NCBI GenBank assembly: GCA_013416795.1
Contig: RQSC01000018.1
Location: 204,053-268,052, forward strand
Reading direction: 5' to 3'
Length of the DNA stretch: 64,000 bases
From: Prasinococcaceae sp. CCMP 1430
Taxonomy: Eukaryota > Plantae > Prasinodermophyta
Shown here: positions 9,831-21,826 of the stretch, piece after piece
Numbering within the stretch: position 1 is the stretch's first letter
Layout: the number at the start of each line of letters is the position of its first letter
Made by a program: the position numbers and the translations under genes
Notes under the pieces: generated by a model
The model's input: the letters and a program-made list of their open reading frames with translations, nothing else
Databases searched by the model: none
Told to the model about the DNA's origin: nothing

Positions 9831-11130
9831 TCAGCCCCACCAGCTAGGCATGCCCTGCTCTGCCCGTGAAGCCGCTAGACCTGTGTCGTAGGCGCGCGCC
9901 GCCTGCGTAGCGGCGGCCTCGCTAACGCCGTACCCGTACCCTCCGCTGCGCGGCGCGCGTGGCGCGAGTTGCTTGCGGCGCGGGATGGCGCTCTCTTCAA
10001 CAAGCGACGGCACGTAGCCGCCATAGATGGCGCTCTTCGCACCGCGCCCGTGGCCACCGCTCGCGCGCTCGCTCTTGACCACCTGCTCGGGCGAACCGCG
10101 GGCCGCGGCACCGGCCGGCATGGGCACGTCGCCGCCCCCGTAAATGGCGCGCGCGGCGCTGCGCCCGTGGCCACCACTCGCCTGCGCCATTTTCTGTGGT
10201 GACGAGTGAGAGCCACCATTGCTGCTACCGTCGCCGCCGCCGTAGATTGCATCACGCATGCCGCGACCGTCGCCGCCACTGGCGTTGCGCATTTTGGAGC
10301 TGTACTCCCTCACCGGCAAGCCGCCTGAGTGTGTGGCAGGGGCGGGGGGCGCACTGCCATGCGAGCCAACGTTCGGGTTGGCATTCTCAAAGCTGAGGTT
10401 TTCGAGGTGAGGCGCGTCCGCGTACGGCAACGCGCCAGACGTGGCAGAGCCACCGGGGCCGGACGCAGCTGCTGGCGGCGGCCCGTACGACGCGACCCCT
10501 GGCGTGGGGTAGCCACCACCGACAGGTTTGGCCGCCTGGTTGCTCGCGGGGTCCAGGTGGCCTGTGCGCGCGCGCAGCTCGGCGAGCTCGCGTTCGAGGT
10601 CAGCGATGTCCATGTTGCCGTATGCGTCGGGCATGGCCGCTCCCCCACCGCCCGGCGCCTGGCGCCTGTGCTGCGGCAGCGATGATCTACGAGCCGCCTG
10701 CAATTGCTCGTGTTCTGCGAGCTGCGCCTGATACTCGGCGTCCTGAGCCGCGTAGTCAGCGTAGCGCCGAGCCGGTGGGCCACCCCCGCCGATGAGCGAC
10801 TTCACGCTATTCCCTGACTCGTATCTGTGGGCGCGCCGAAGTGAAGAGGACGTTGTGACGGATGCGCACGCGCCATGAGTCAGGGCTCGAGGACAGTTTG
10901 CGTGTGCGCGTGTGTGTGGTTTTGTGCGTGATTGAAAGGGAGGGGAGCGTACGTGTTTGTAGGGGGGGAGGGGGGGCTGTGAGCCGGCGCAACTTCCAGC
11001 AGCGTGTCGTCGCGCCAGCTGACGAGTGACCGCACCTCTTGTACAGATCTGACTGTCGAACGCACGGCCGGGAGCCGAGCAGGTTGCCGACATTCTGGCT
11101 TGTGGCCCGCGAATCGTGGCTATGGCTCAT
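9831..11130 (-). CDS. Low-complexity protein with SPIRAL1-like N-terminal motif and three ASGGxGRxxxxAIYGG repeats (exons 11130-11036, 10824-9831)
   Basis: A phase-2 intron (GTGCGG...CTGAC...CACAG) joins MSHSHDSRATSQNVGNLLGSRPCVRQSDLYKR to YESGNSVKSLIGG in frame. Confidence 0.65.
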
Positions 11131-11858
11131 GACTTCGCACGATCGTCACCGTCGTGCCCCGCCCGCGCCCCGTCGACAACCCGCCTGAACGCCTATGCAG
11201 CGTGCAGCGCCCCTGCTCCGGCCGCGTCGCACGCAAAGCGCAAGCGCCGCCGTTCCCTTCGGGCGCGTGACGCGGGCGTGCACGCCACCCCGGCGCCGCC
11301 CGTCCGCCGCTCCCGCACGCACCCAACAAGCCCGCTCGCACCCTGCACCACCTAGCTCCACGCTCGACGCGCCCGATCCCCGCAATCCCAGCACCACACC
11401 ACCGCCACCTGCCCTGCTCGTGGTGTGGCGCGGCCGCGGCGGCGGCAGCGGGCCCCGCGCTTTGACCGGGGCGCCCCGCGCGCCCGCCCGTTCAAGGGCC
11501 GCGCGCGCGCGCGCGCGGCTGCCGCGGGACGAGGCGGTGTTTAGGTATGACAAAAAGGGTCCACACATTCATCCGAAGCTACGGCCGATGTTCTCCTGCC
11601 ACTGCGAATGGCGTGCCAAACGCGCGCGAGAACACAACACAACACAAAGTGGGCTTCGGGTTTGTGGGTGCTGCCGCGCGCGCGGGCGCGCAGGCGCGCG
11701 CGGGCCGGAGGCGCTCGGGGAACGGGCGGACGCAAGCGGCGAAAAGCGCGCGCGGCCGCGAAATGAATTCGAAGCGTACGTGTCGCCAGATTCTACGGCA
11801 TCGATGCCGTACCGACATGGGCGGTCCCAAATATTCCCCGGGGCAGCGTCACGCGTCA

Positions 11859-11915
11859 GATGGTACAGTACAGCTGTACCAATTGGTACTGTACCATCAC
11901 GATGGTACACCATCG
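11859..11915. repeat. Cluster of overlapping palindromes built from GATGGTAC/GTACCATC in a divergent intergenic region
   Basis: GATGGTACAGTAC (11859-11871) is the perfect inverse of GTACTGTACCATC (11886-11898). Nested palindromes GTACAGCTGTAC, GTACCAATTGGTAC and GTACCATC-AC-GATGGTAC are also present. Confidence 0.85.
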
Positions 11916-12114
11916 AATTTGCTGTGCAGTACGGTATATACCCTCTTTCCTGAACCCTTATTAGGTTCGGGGTCTGCGGGCGACCACAGTGCAGGCCGGT
12001 GCGCCGCTGCTGCCGCGCGGCGGCGTCGGCGGCGCAGCAGAGCGCGGGCGCGAGGCGGTGTGGGCGTGGGCGTGTGTGTGTGTGTGGCGGTGCGGGGTGG
12101 TGGTGGTGGCAGCG

Positions 12115-13665
12115 ATGGGTGCGGCGCAGTCTGCGGAGGGAGGCGCGCCCGGGACGGCGCGGGGGGCGCCCGCGGGCGCCGACGCCTGCCCCATGGCTGG
12201 CGACGGCGTCGAGCCACGCCTCCAGCAGCGCCACGCGCTCCTCGTTGGTGTCGGCGGGCCACCGCCGGCGGGCGGGTCGGCGTGCCCGGTCGTCGGACAG
12301 GAGGTGCGTGCGCGGCGGAAGCGCGGCGGCTTCAGCTTGGCGCGCTCCTGCCGCACCAAAGCGCCTGCGCTCGGCGGCGCCCGCCGGCGCTCGTGGCCGC
12401 CCCCTGCCGGTCTCCTGACGCTGCGCGCGCCGCTGGCGCTGGCGGCCGCCGCCGCGCATTGCAGGGCGGCTCGCAGGGCGAGCCCGTGTACAACGTGTAC
12501 AGCGAACGCATCAACCCGCTCAACCGAGTGCCGACAGGCACGAACCGGCCTGGGCTGTCGCCGCAGCAGAAGGTGCCACTGTCGACGGGTCGCGTGCAGA
12601 GCACCATCCCCAAGGGCGGCACGGACGGGCAGTGGACGTACCCGAGCCCGCAGATGTTCTACAATGCCCTCATGCGCAAGGGCAAGGGCGGCGACGTGCA
12701 GGAGTCCGACGTCGCCGACGTGGTCTCCGTGCACAACGCCATGAACGAGCGCACGTGGCGCCAGGTGCTCGACTTCGAGCGGCTGCACGAGGCCGAGTGC
12801 GGCACGCCACGCCTCACGCGCTTCGAGGGGCGTCCTTTCGACCTCAGCCCGCTTGCGCGCCTATACACGCTCATGGGCTACACCGCTCCCTTCGACCGCC
12901 ACGATTGGTACGTCGACCGATGCGGCAAGCAGGTGCGCTACGTCATCGACTTCTACTACGACGAGGCGCAGGGGGTGGAGGGCGAGGGCGCGGACGCGGG
13001 CGCCACCGGGGAGACGCCTACCGGCGCGGCGATGCGCATGATCACCGTCGATGCACGGCCCGCGCTCGACTCACCCGAGGCGGCGTGGGACCGCCTGCGC
13101 AAGTGGATGGCCGGCCCGTCGAGCGTCGCAAGTGTCCCAACGAGCGTCGAGCAGCCGCGCACGGCGGAGGAGCGGGAGGCGGCCCAGGTCCCCGCGCTAG
13201 GGCAGCGTGAGGTGCGTGGCGCGCGTTGCGCGCACGCCCATCGCGCGCTGTGCTCCCGCGTTTGCGCTGACTCACCTTGCCGCCGTTGTCGCCATGTGTT
13301 GGGGCGCGCAGGGCCCCGCTGCGGCGAAGATGCGCCAGCTGCAATCGGACTGCGCGCCGTGCTTCAAGGCGACACAGACGTGCGAGGACGAAATCGCGTG
13401 CTACGCCGCAGGCGCGGCGCTTGAGCTGTGCATGGCACGCGTGCTGTGTCCGGCGAAGGCCGACAGGCTCGCGATGGCAATGGACAGGAATGAACGTGCG
13501 TCGTCGGCCGCGGCTGAGGTCGATGGCGTCGGCGGCGTGCGTGCCTGGTGGCGACGGCGCGGCGCGGCGGGCGCCGCGCGCGCTGAGGACAGGGCGCGCA
13601 GCGCGGTGCAGACGGAGATCGAGTCCTTCCGCGCAAAGCTGCGTAAAGAGGTCGGCCTGGAGTGA
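12115..13665 (+). CDS. HCCS: Holocytochrome c synthase (cytochrome c heme lyase) with Cys-rich C-terminal extension (exons ~12115-12303, 12465-13211, 13312-13665; last exon may hold another intron)
   Basis: N-terminal MG start and CPM/CPV heme motifs. Core motifs STIPKG, WTYPSPQMFYNALMRKG, VHNAMNERTW, PFDRHDWYVDRCG, RYVIDFY, DARPALDS. Introns are canonical. Confidence 0.93.
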
Positions 13666-14151
13666 GCGCATTCGCGCGCACCGAACACCAGCTATCTGAC
13701 TTCCCGCTGTGCGATAGCGCCCCATACTTTCCGCGCGCCCAGCCCAACGAGCGGCGCGGCGTGCTGCTGGTCTGTTCAAACATGTTTTTGTTTCTTTATG
13801 TCGTTCCGGCGCGCGAGGCACCGCGCGGGCGGTGGCTGCTAGTGCCACACCTCGCCGCGTCGCCGCCGTACGTCGCCACAAATCTCCGTCGACGCTTTGA
13901 TAACTAGCGCTTGGGGGCGACACTGGTTGCCCCCATCCTTAACTTCTACTAACTGGTAGAGTGTTGTAAAGCTGCTGGCTCGCGCCGCGGGCTCGTCCTA
14001 GTGCCGAGTCTCACGGCGGAGAAAAGAATGCTTGCCGCGCGCACACACGCAGCGCCTACTGTAGCCGTGCCGATGACCATGACCAAACGAATGCCTAGCT
14101 GTGTGGTGAGACCGCGGGAACACTGCGACTGCGCGGCCCGTCTCGCGGTGC

Positions 14152-15964
14152 TCAGATGGCCAGCGTCTGCAGCATCGACGACGACAGCTGCTCCATGTAG
14201 AGCGGCGAGTTGCTGTCGGCATCGTCCACCGAGCCAACGTCCGCATCGCCGACGGTGCCTAGCAGGTCGGCGGGGAGCGCGAATTGCAGGGATGAGTCAT
14301 CCAGGCCGCCCGCGTCGGCCGCGGTGTCACCTCTCGATCCGGAGCGCATGATGCCGCCCCCAAGCATGAGGTTGCGCGAGGTGCCCGTCGAGCGGCGCGA
14401 GTTTCCGGGCACGAAGGCCGGCGCCGACGACTTGAGGTCCGTGCCAACATCCCCACCATCCTGCTGGTGGTGCGTGTACATCGCCGGAGAGCCGTCGCCT
14501 GGCGACGCCGGCAGCGACTCGGGAGACGCGCTCCCGTCCAGCACGCTCACCGGCGTCGCGCTGGCCTCGATGTCTTCCTGAGCGGGTAGCTGCGCTAGCG
14601 CCGCGGCATACATGTCCGCCGCTGCCGACACTGCCGAAGCGTCCACCGAGTCGAGCGGCGCCTGGCGCGGCTGCGCGACGAAGCCCTTCGCCGGCGGCGG
14701 GCCGGGCGGCAGGGGGGGGGCGCCACCGCCACCGGTGTTTCCCCAAAGGCGTGCTACAGCAGGCGGTGGGGTCGCCGTGACGTGCGCCGACTGGCCATCC
14801 GATCGCGCCTTGCTCGGAGGCGGCCCGGGAGGTAGCGGTGGCGCCGCCCCGCCGAGCCGCGATGGGGGCGGGCCCTTCGGCAGCGGCGGGCGCTGATACC
14901 CGCCATCCGCGGCGGCCCCGGCGGGTGGCCGGGTCGGAGGAAGGGGTGGCTGCCAGTACGACGCACCGCCGCCCTCTTGGGCGCGCTCGGCGCCTGGAGG
15001 CGGCGGCCCGGGCGGCGGCGGCGGCTGCGACCTCGCCACCGTCCCACGCCGCGCCGCCAGGTGCGCCGGGGGCGCCCCCGGCGGAAGCGGCGGGGGTATA
15101 CCGGGGGGGAGGGGCGGCTGGCCGCCATGCGGGTACCTCCTGTGCGCGCCCGGCGGCGGTTGCGGCGGCAGCGGCGGCTGGCCTACGCGCCCCCTGACGC
15201 TCAGTGAGCGCAGCGCAGTCTCCACATCGCCACCGGCGTTGGCCACCGCCGCGTAGACAACCGTCGCCGCCGTGCCGGCGGCTATGGCCTGATCCACGCG
15301 CACCATCTGCGCCGCGATGTCGACGGGCGCGGGCGCGCGGCCCACCAGGCACGACGCTAGGTTGCTCTGGTCTTGCGCCACAGGATCCTCCATCAGGAAC
15401 GCGGACGCCCCCTGCAAATCGTCGCCGTAGAGCTGCACCGCCACGGCGGCCTGCCACTCCGCGAAGCCCATCGCAGTCAGCTGCGCCGCGGCGAGCGAGC
15501 GGCGCCACACCACGACCGCGTCTGCGCACATCGCACGCATGCCCTCGCTGCCGTCGGCCGCACTGCCGACCTGCAGCGAGTGCTGCTGCGCAGAACGACC
15601 GCCGCGTCGCCCGCCCCCAGTATTACCGCTACCCCCGCCACTACCTCCCCGCTGCTGGTGCTGCGCGTGGCCGTGGCCGTGCCCGTGCTCGGCCTGCTGC
15701 TGCTGGCGCCTCTTGGCGCGCTGCGCACTGCGGCGCTCATTCTTCGACTGGGACTGCGGCGCGCACAGAAACAAAAAGAGCGAAGCATGGCGTGTGGCGG
15801 GGCGAGCGCGCGAAGAGGTGGCGTCAGCACGCGCAGCCGCTCATGCGCGTCCCCGGCGGCAAGAACGGCGCGGCGGAGGACGCGCCCGAGCACGACGCCA
15901 CGGTCGCAGAGCCGTGGAACGAGATGGGGTTGATGGGGAGGGCGGCCGCGCCGCGCCGCGCCAT
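14152..15964 (-). CDS. UBA-domain, proline-rich protein resembling plant UBA/TS-N family proteins; 5' exon boundaries uncertain
   Basis: UBA motif QLTAMGFAEWQAAVAVQLYGDDLQGASAFL, a second UBA-like AVANAGGDVETAL, a KNERR basic motif and PPLPPGPPP repeats. Acceptor ccgcag near 15753. Confidence 0.65.
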
Positions 15965-16820
15965 GTCGCGCTTCCGCCCCGCTGCCTGGCCGCGCGTTTT
16001 TTTTTTTTGCCGATCGCTCCGCGGCAGCGACGTCCGCTGCCGCCGCCCCAGCCGCGCCCCTTCCTTCCTCCGCCGCCCCCTTCCCCTCCTCCCCCCCCGC
16101 GCGCGCCGCCCGTGCTCCCGAACCCCTCCACGCGGAGGCGCGATTCCGCCGGGCCGGGCCAGGTAGGAGCGAGCGTGCCTCCGCCGCAAGCGCTGCCGCC
16201 GCGGCGGCGGCGGCGGCTGCCGCGGNCCTGCGCGGTGCGTGTACTGTCGTGCGCGACCAAATCGCACGCGCATGCGTTGCAGCGCGCGCGCACGCGCGAG
16301 TGTGAGCGCTGCGTCAGCTGGCGGATCGCGCAGGCGAGGCGCCAGGTGCCCCCCGCAGCACCTCGAACACGCACGCGGCGTACGCGCGGCGCGAAGCCTC
16401 GCAAAACGCGCCGGCGAAAGCGCCTCCCGCGAAACGCCCCGACGCTATCGCCGCGCACGCGAACGCGCGCGCGCCCGCGCGCGCCCGCGCGCGCCGAAAA
16501 CGTCCCGCTCCGGAAAAAAAAATGGCATCGTCCCTGCCTGCGGTGCAGCGCCTCTCTGGTTCCCTCCACGGATGGATGGCATCCGGCTCCCGCGCGCACA
16601 CATCCGATTGTACTGACGATTTGATGGCAAACAGCCTTTTCGATCGAGCGTTGCCCGGACGCCGGCGCGCTCCCGTCCGGGTCGCGGCGCATCCGATGCG
16701 ACATTTGGGGTCAATGCGAAAGAGGGTTTAATTTCTGGTCTGCGCAGCATGCCTCGCGCGTGGCGTCGTCGCGCCGCGGCGCGCCGGGCGCGGAGGCGCC
16801 TCCCGCCTCGGCCTCGCGCG

Positions 16821-17456
16821 ATGAACGTCCTCACGCAGATTCGCAACCGCCAGCGCGACACGCTCGCCGAGGTCGCACGCGGCGTGCCCGACAGCGCCTC
16901 GTGGCACGCCGAGTTCGCCGACTCGGCGTACGTGTTCGTGGGCGGCCTGGCGTACGGCCTCACGGAGGGCGACGTGCTCGCCGTGATGTCGCAGTTCGGC
17001 GAGGTGGTGGACGTGCAGCTTGCGCGCGACGAGGAGACTGGCAAGTCCAAGGGCTTCGCGCACGTCGCGTACGACGACCAGCGCTCGACGGTCCTCGCGG
17101 TGGACAACCTGAGCGGCGCGACGGTCGCCGGACGCGTCGTCAACGTGGACCACGTCAAGGAGTTCAGGAGGAAGGTGCCCAAGCCCGCGGAGGGGGAGGA
17201 GGGCGACGAGGGGAAAGGCGATCGCGGGGGCGCCGACGCGCGCGCCGGGCCGGCCGCGCTCCCGCCGCCAACGGTCGCGCCACGCGTGCCGCCGCCGCGC
17301 GCGCCCGCGGGGCCCCGCGCGGCTGCAGCCAGAATCAGAGAATTCGTTCGCTCGAGCGCACCAGCCTGGCGGGGCGAAGCTCACGGGCTGGCTGGATGGG
17401 ACGGGGGTGGGTGCCATGCATGTCGTGCCGTGCCGTGCCGTGGGCCCAGTCTGTGA
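16821..17456 (+). CDS. RBMX2: RES complex RRM protein RBMX2/Snu17; 3' end uncertain
   Basis: MNVLTQIRN...SWHAEFADSAYVFVGGL...LTEGDVLAV...ETGKSKGFA...YDDQRSTVLAVDNL...VDHV is the RBMX2/IST3 signature. Confidence 0.9.
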   Translation: MNVLTQIRNRQRDTLAEVARGVPDSASWHAEFADSAYVFVGGLAYGLTEGDVLAVMSQFGEVVDVQLARDEETGKSKGFAHVAYDDQRSTVLAVDNLSGATVAGRVVNVDHVKEFRRKVPKPAEGEEGDEGKGDRGGADARAGPAALPPPTVAPRVPPPRAPAGPRAAAARIREFVRSSAPAWRGEAHGLAGWDGGGCHACRAVPCRGPSL

Positions 17457-18131
17457 GCCAGTCCGCCACGGCCACAGCCAGGAGGGCACGACACCGCGCT
17501 CGATCGATCGATCTATGAATCGTACAGGGGAGTGAGCGGCGGCCGGGCGCACGTCGGAATGGCGGGGGGCGCGTCCGTCGCGGGGTCGCGTTCCCCGACC
17601 GACAGACGAGCCGCGCGCGCGCGCGCGTGGCGGGAAGGCACGGGGGATGCAAGTGACGTGGCGTGGAAGGGGCGTGGCACGAATTTCGATTTCGTGCGGG
17701 GCAGCCTCGCCAAAGTTTTGGCTGGCGAGGGGGCGTTCCTCCCAAGCAAAAGAACCAACCCCAACCAACCGGCTCGGTCAGTGAGGTGTGTGCTCGCGAG
17801 TCCTGGTGCGCGGGGCGCGCGCGGCCGGCCGGGGTCGAGCTCCGCGCCGGGCGAGCGCGGGCGCGCCACAGACGCGCTCCCGGGCGCTCGACTCCCTCCC
17901 CGCTGCGAAAGAGAGCCGCGCAGGAGGGGGCGCGCACGTGCAACTCCACCCACCCACCCACGCACCCCGCCCGAGGCTGCTGCACGCGCGGGCGAAGAAG
18001 TCGCCACACCAGCAGCGAGCTTACAGAGCGGGGCAAGGCGCAGCTCGCCGGCAGTGGGCCTGTGCGCCCACGCTTGCCTCATTTGCCCGCGGAGTCCGTG
18101 AGCGCGCAGCAAGATCGGGACGCCGGGCGGC

Positions 18132-18917
18132 ATGCGCAGGTACAGCAGAGGCGACGACAGCGACGTGAGCGAAGAGAGCGAGGCGATCCTCATCGGCTCG
18201 CCCGATGGGTGGAGCGCGCCCGCTTCGCGTCCATCCGGGGCGCCACCGCGCGGATCACCCGGCCTGGGTTCCGTCAAGGGATGGTTCAAGAAGAGGCTTG
18301 GTAGGGGCATGCCCACGGTCCAAGAAACGCCCAAGGCCAGGGATGCATACTCGTATGCTACCCGCGGCGACAGTTCGCTGAACGAGGCGCTCGGAGAAGG
18401 TGCGGTCCACCCTGTTGCCAATACACGTCGCGTGGCTTGGGGTGAGCCGGACGCGGTCGACAACTCCAAACCGCGCGCATGGGGCACTACGACTGAGGAT
18501 GTGGAACGCGAGGCGTCGGACCGCGCTCGCGCTGCTGCGCTGGCGCTCGCCGACCAGTACGAGGCCGAGGCGGCGCAGCTGAAGAAGGAGGTGCAATGTG
18601 ACACCGACGCGGCGCTTGCGCGGAGACTGCAGAGGGCTGAGTTGGGCCAGGGAAATAACTCTCGGGCGAACGCTCTCGCGGGTGCGAGCGGCAGCGCATC
18701 CGGCTCGGGAGGGGCGCTTACCCGTGGCAGTACCTTCACGGACGGGATGACTGCCTCGCGAGCGCGCGTGGCGCGCAAAGATGCGAAGAAGTTCTGGAGC
18801 AGCGCCGCAAAAAAGGCGGCGCGGTTGGGCGGAGTGTCCACCGACTATGTCAGGTCGCGCGCTGCGCAGGACTTGAAGGGGCGCAAAATCGACTCGGTCG
18901 ACCGCAAACGGAGATAG
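18132..18917 (+). CDS. Hypothetical protein with coiled-coil and UIM-like DAALARRLQ segment
   Basis: 261-aa ORF with protein-like composition. No family recognised. Confidence 0.5.
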   Translation: MRRYSRGDDSDVSEESEAILIGSPDGWSAPASRPSGAPPRGSPGLGSVKGWFKKRLGRGMPTVQETPKARDAYSYATRGDSSLNEALGEGAVHPVANTRRVAWGEPDAVDNSKPRAWGTTTEDVEREASDRARAAALALADQYEAEAAQLKKEVQCDTDAALARRLQRAELGQGNNSRANALAGASGSASGSGGALTRGSTFTDGMTASRARVARKDAKKFWSSAAKKAARLGGVSTDYVRSRAAQDLKGRKIDSVDRKRR

Positions 18918-19026
18918 GCGACCCCGCGCGGCACCACACGCCCGCTGCTTGATGTATAATAATACGCGTGCATTAATCACTCGCTCGGGCGCGCGGGCGC
19001 GCGTGCACGCTGCGTATTTGCCCCCC

Positions 19027-21742
19027 TCACGCGATGCCTTGCGCCTGTAGCCGCGTGGCGAGGAATGCCAGGTGCGGCTCCAGCTGGCTGACGCCGCGCA
19101 GCCGGTCGAGCAGCGCACGCTGCTCACGGTCGAACGCCGCGTCGAGCGCGCGCAACTGTGCCACGACGGCGGCCCCTCCCGACCCTCCCGCCCCGCCGCC
19201 TTCGGTATCCTCCGCCGCGGCAATGGCGATGGCGGCGAACGCCAGGCTTGCCGCGCGCAGCCTCGCGAGTGCGTCCGCGAGCGCTGGCCGGTACAGCAGC
19301 GTCAGCGCCATCGCGCGGTCCAGGAAGGCGCCGTGCGCCGCCATCGCGCCGTCGGCGTCGGGAGCGGCGGCGAGCGCCGCCTCCATGTCAGCCCACGTGG
19401 GCTCTATCACTTCGAACGACACGTAGTGCTCGTACATGCGCCAGAAGTGCAACATGCGCTGCAAGCCAGCACAGCACGCCATCATCCGCAGACGGCCGCG
19501 CTCTTCCCAGGCGGTGCGCGCACGTTGCTGCGCCTGCCACGCGGCGCGCAGCTCGCGCTGCACGTGGTGGCACGCCAGCAGGTGGCGGAAGAGAAGCTGG
19601 TACTTGAAGACCGACGCACGGCTCAGCACGAGGCTCAGCGGGAAGGGAGCTGCGTACTCCAGCGTGAGCATGTCCAGCGCGGGCGTGACATCGCGCGGAA
19701 CGGGCGCCTGCTCCTCAGGCGCCTCGCCGCCGACCAGCACCGAGAGCTGCGCCGCCACCGAGTGCGGCGCGAGCGCAACCTGCACCGCGCCGGCGAAGGG
19801 GTCGTCCACAGCTGCCGAATTGTGCTGCGCGACCGTCATCAGGCCCTGCAGCGCGCTCTCTTGCACTTCGGCGGTCGGACGCTGCAGCTCCGACGTTGCG
19901 AGGTCAAGGAAGTGCACTAGCCAGTCGCCGCGGTCCAGCAGGAAGTAGTGCTTCAGCGAGCGCAGGCGCGCGAGGAGCTCGCCGTTCGCCTTCACTGCGG
20001 CGAGCAGCCCAACCGCTGCGCTGCGCTGCGCGCTCATTACCCGCTCCTCCAGCGCGCGATTGCCCGGCGCGTACGAGAGCGGTGCGTCACCCGATTGTCG
20101 CTGCGGCGCCGAGTCCACCTTGTGGCCGGCGTCCTTGGCGGCGTTGATGTGCTTGCCCGCCGCGAGCACCATCGGCGCGACAGGGCGCAGCATGTTGGGC
20201 ACGCCCTCCTGCCGCAGGCGATAGCGGCCCGTCCAGTAGGCGCTGTTCCCGTCCTGCGCCATGCTCGCAGGCGACACCCCATCCACGCTCACCATCATGA
20301 ACTCGTCGTACGGGTCCTCGACGTCTCCGCGGTAGATCCAAGCCTCGAGGGCGGCCAGGCACGGGGTGGCAGCAGCCTGCAGCAGGTGCAAAATGAGCTG
20401 CTGGCCCGCGCTATCTCCGGCCTCACGCTTGGCGGCGATTTCCAGCACGTCCAGCAGCACCGCGCAGCCGCGTGAGTTTGGCGCTTGCTCCGCTGCATAC
20501 ACCACCCCGGCGAGCGTCCGCATCGCCGCTGCGCTCGGCTCGCACCACAGCCACATGCTCTGCAATGTCAACGACCCCTGCCGCGCCTGGCTCTCCAGCT
20601 GCGCCAGCAGGAGGTCGAAGTCGCGCAGCACCGCACGCAACGCCGCACCAAGCGCCTGCGCTGTCATCCGCCCACCGATGGGGCTCTGGCCGCCTGTGCC
20701 GAGGCACTGCTCGGCGAACGCCTCCACCGCGACGCGGTCCGCGCACAGTGGCAGCAGGCGCGCCGTCAGCGCCGCCAGGCTTGCGTCCGCCGTCGAGTCC
20801 AGCACGAACGCACCCGCCCTCTCCGCTTTCCTCGCGACGAACACGCCGTCAATGCCGCCAAGCGCGTAGAGCAGATCGTCCAGGATGAATGCCTCCTGCG
20901 CCGATCGGTCGTACGAACCAAGCGGCAGCGCCTGCTTTGGCCCCGACCCAGGGGCGGGCCCCATGTCGAGCGCCCGCGCTGCCCCTCCGCGCGACGCAGC
21001 GATGTCTGCCCTCGTGCGCGCCGCGTCAGGGCGCCGCCGGTCCATCGCCACCGCCGCGGCCGCCGCCACGGGCTCCGCCGCGCTTGGTCTGTCCGCTGCT
21101 CCGTTGGCCCGGAGGCGCAGCCTCTCCTCTGGGTCGCTCTCGTAGAGGCCGTTGCTGCGCGTCTGGAACGAGGACGGCGAGTCGATCGGCGCACTCGCTG
21201 AGCTCGCAGCGGCGCGCTGCGGCGACGCCGCTGCGGAGGGCCGCACGGGGCTACCCCGCGCGCTGAACTGGCCGGGTGCCCGCCTCGACGGCGACGCGGG
21301 CGGCGTGGCGTGCCTCCCAAGCCGGCGGGGGTGGCGTGGCGTGCCTCCCAGGCGGCCGCGGCGGCGGCGCAGCGGGCGCTGCGCCACCCGCGGCTTGCGT
21401 GGTGAGCAGGGCTTTGAGCTGCGGGTCCTGCGCGATGCGGCCGAGCACAACGAGGTATCTATCCAGCCCGCTGTTCCTGCCCGCGCGATCAGCAAGCCGC
21501 TCGTACGCGCCGCGGAACGCGTCGGGGTCGGGCGCCGAGTCCTGCAGCGCGCGCAGCGCCTTTGCGCCCACCGCCGGCGTCACACTGTACCCGCCCACCA
21601 TTGAGCCGAGCATGGACGTGGCGGCCTTGGCCACGCCAGTCTCGAGCTCGCCGCAGCCCATCGCGCGGTACAGCGTTCGCACCGCCTCGGACAGCGCTGC
21701 GCTGGTCCCCTCGGGCGCCGCCTGCATCCGCGCGCCCGCCAT
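19027..21742 (-). CDS. TUBGCP2: Gamma-tubulin complex component 2 (Spc97/GCP2); frame change at ~21302-21350
   Basis: QEAFILDDLLYALGGIDG, WIYRGDVEDPYDEFM, AGKHIN, LRSLKHYFLLDRGDW, KYQLLFRHL, FEVIEPTW. The N-terminal ~130 aa (from ATG 21742) lie in another frame. Confidence 0.9.
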
Positions 21743-21804
21743 CGCGCCGCGCCGCGATTCGAAAAAAAAGGCGGGCGCGCGCCCCCGCGCGCGCGCGCGC
21801 ACGA

Positions 21805-21826
21805 NNNNNNNNNNNNNNNNNNNNNN
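21805..21826. other. Assembly gap (N run)
   Basis: 22 N. Confidence 1.

Noticed and set aside
16690-16704. MSHRM on the minus strand as a misplaced RPL3 exon 1
   Set aside because: Similarity ends after four residues and it is on the wrong strand.
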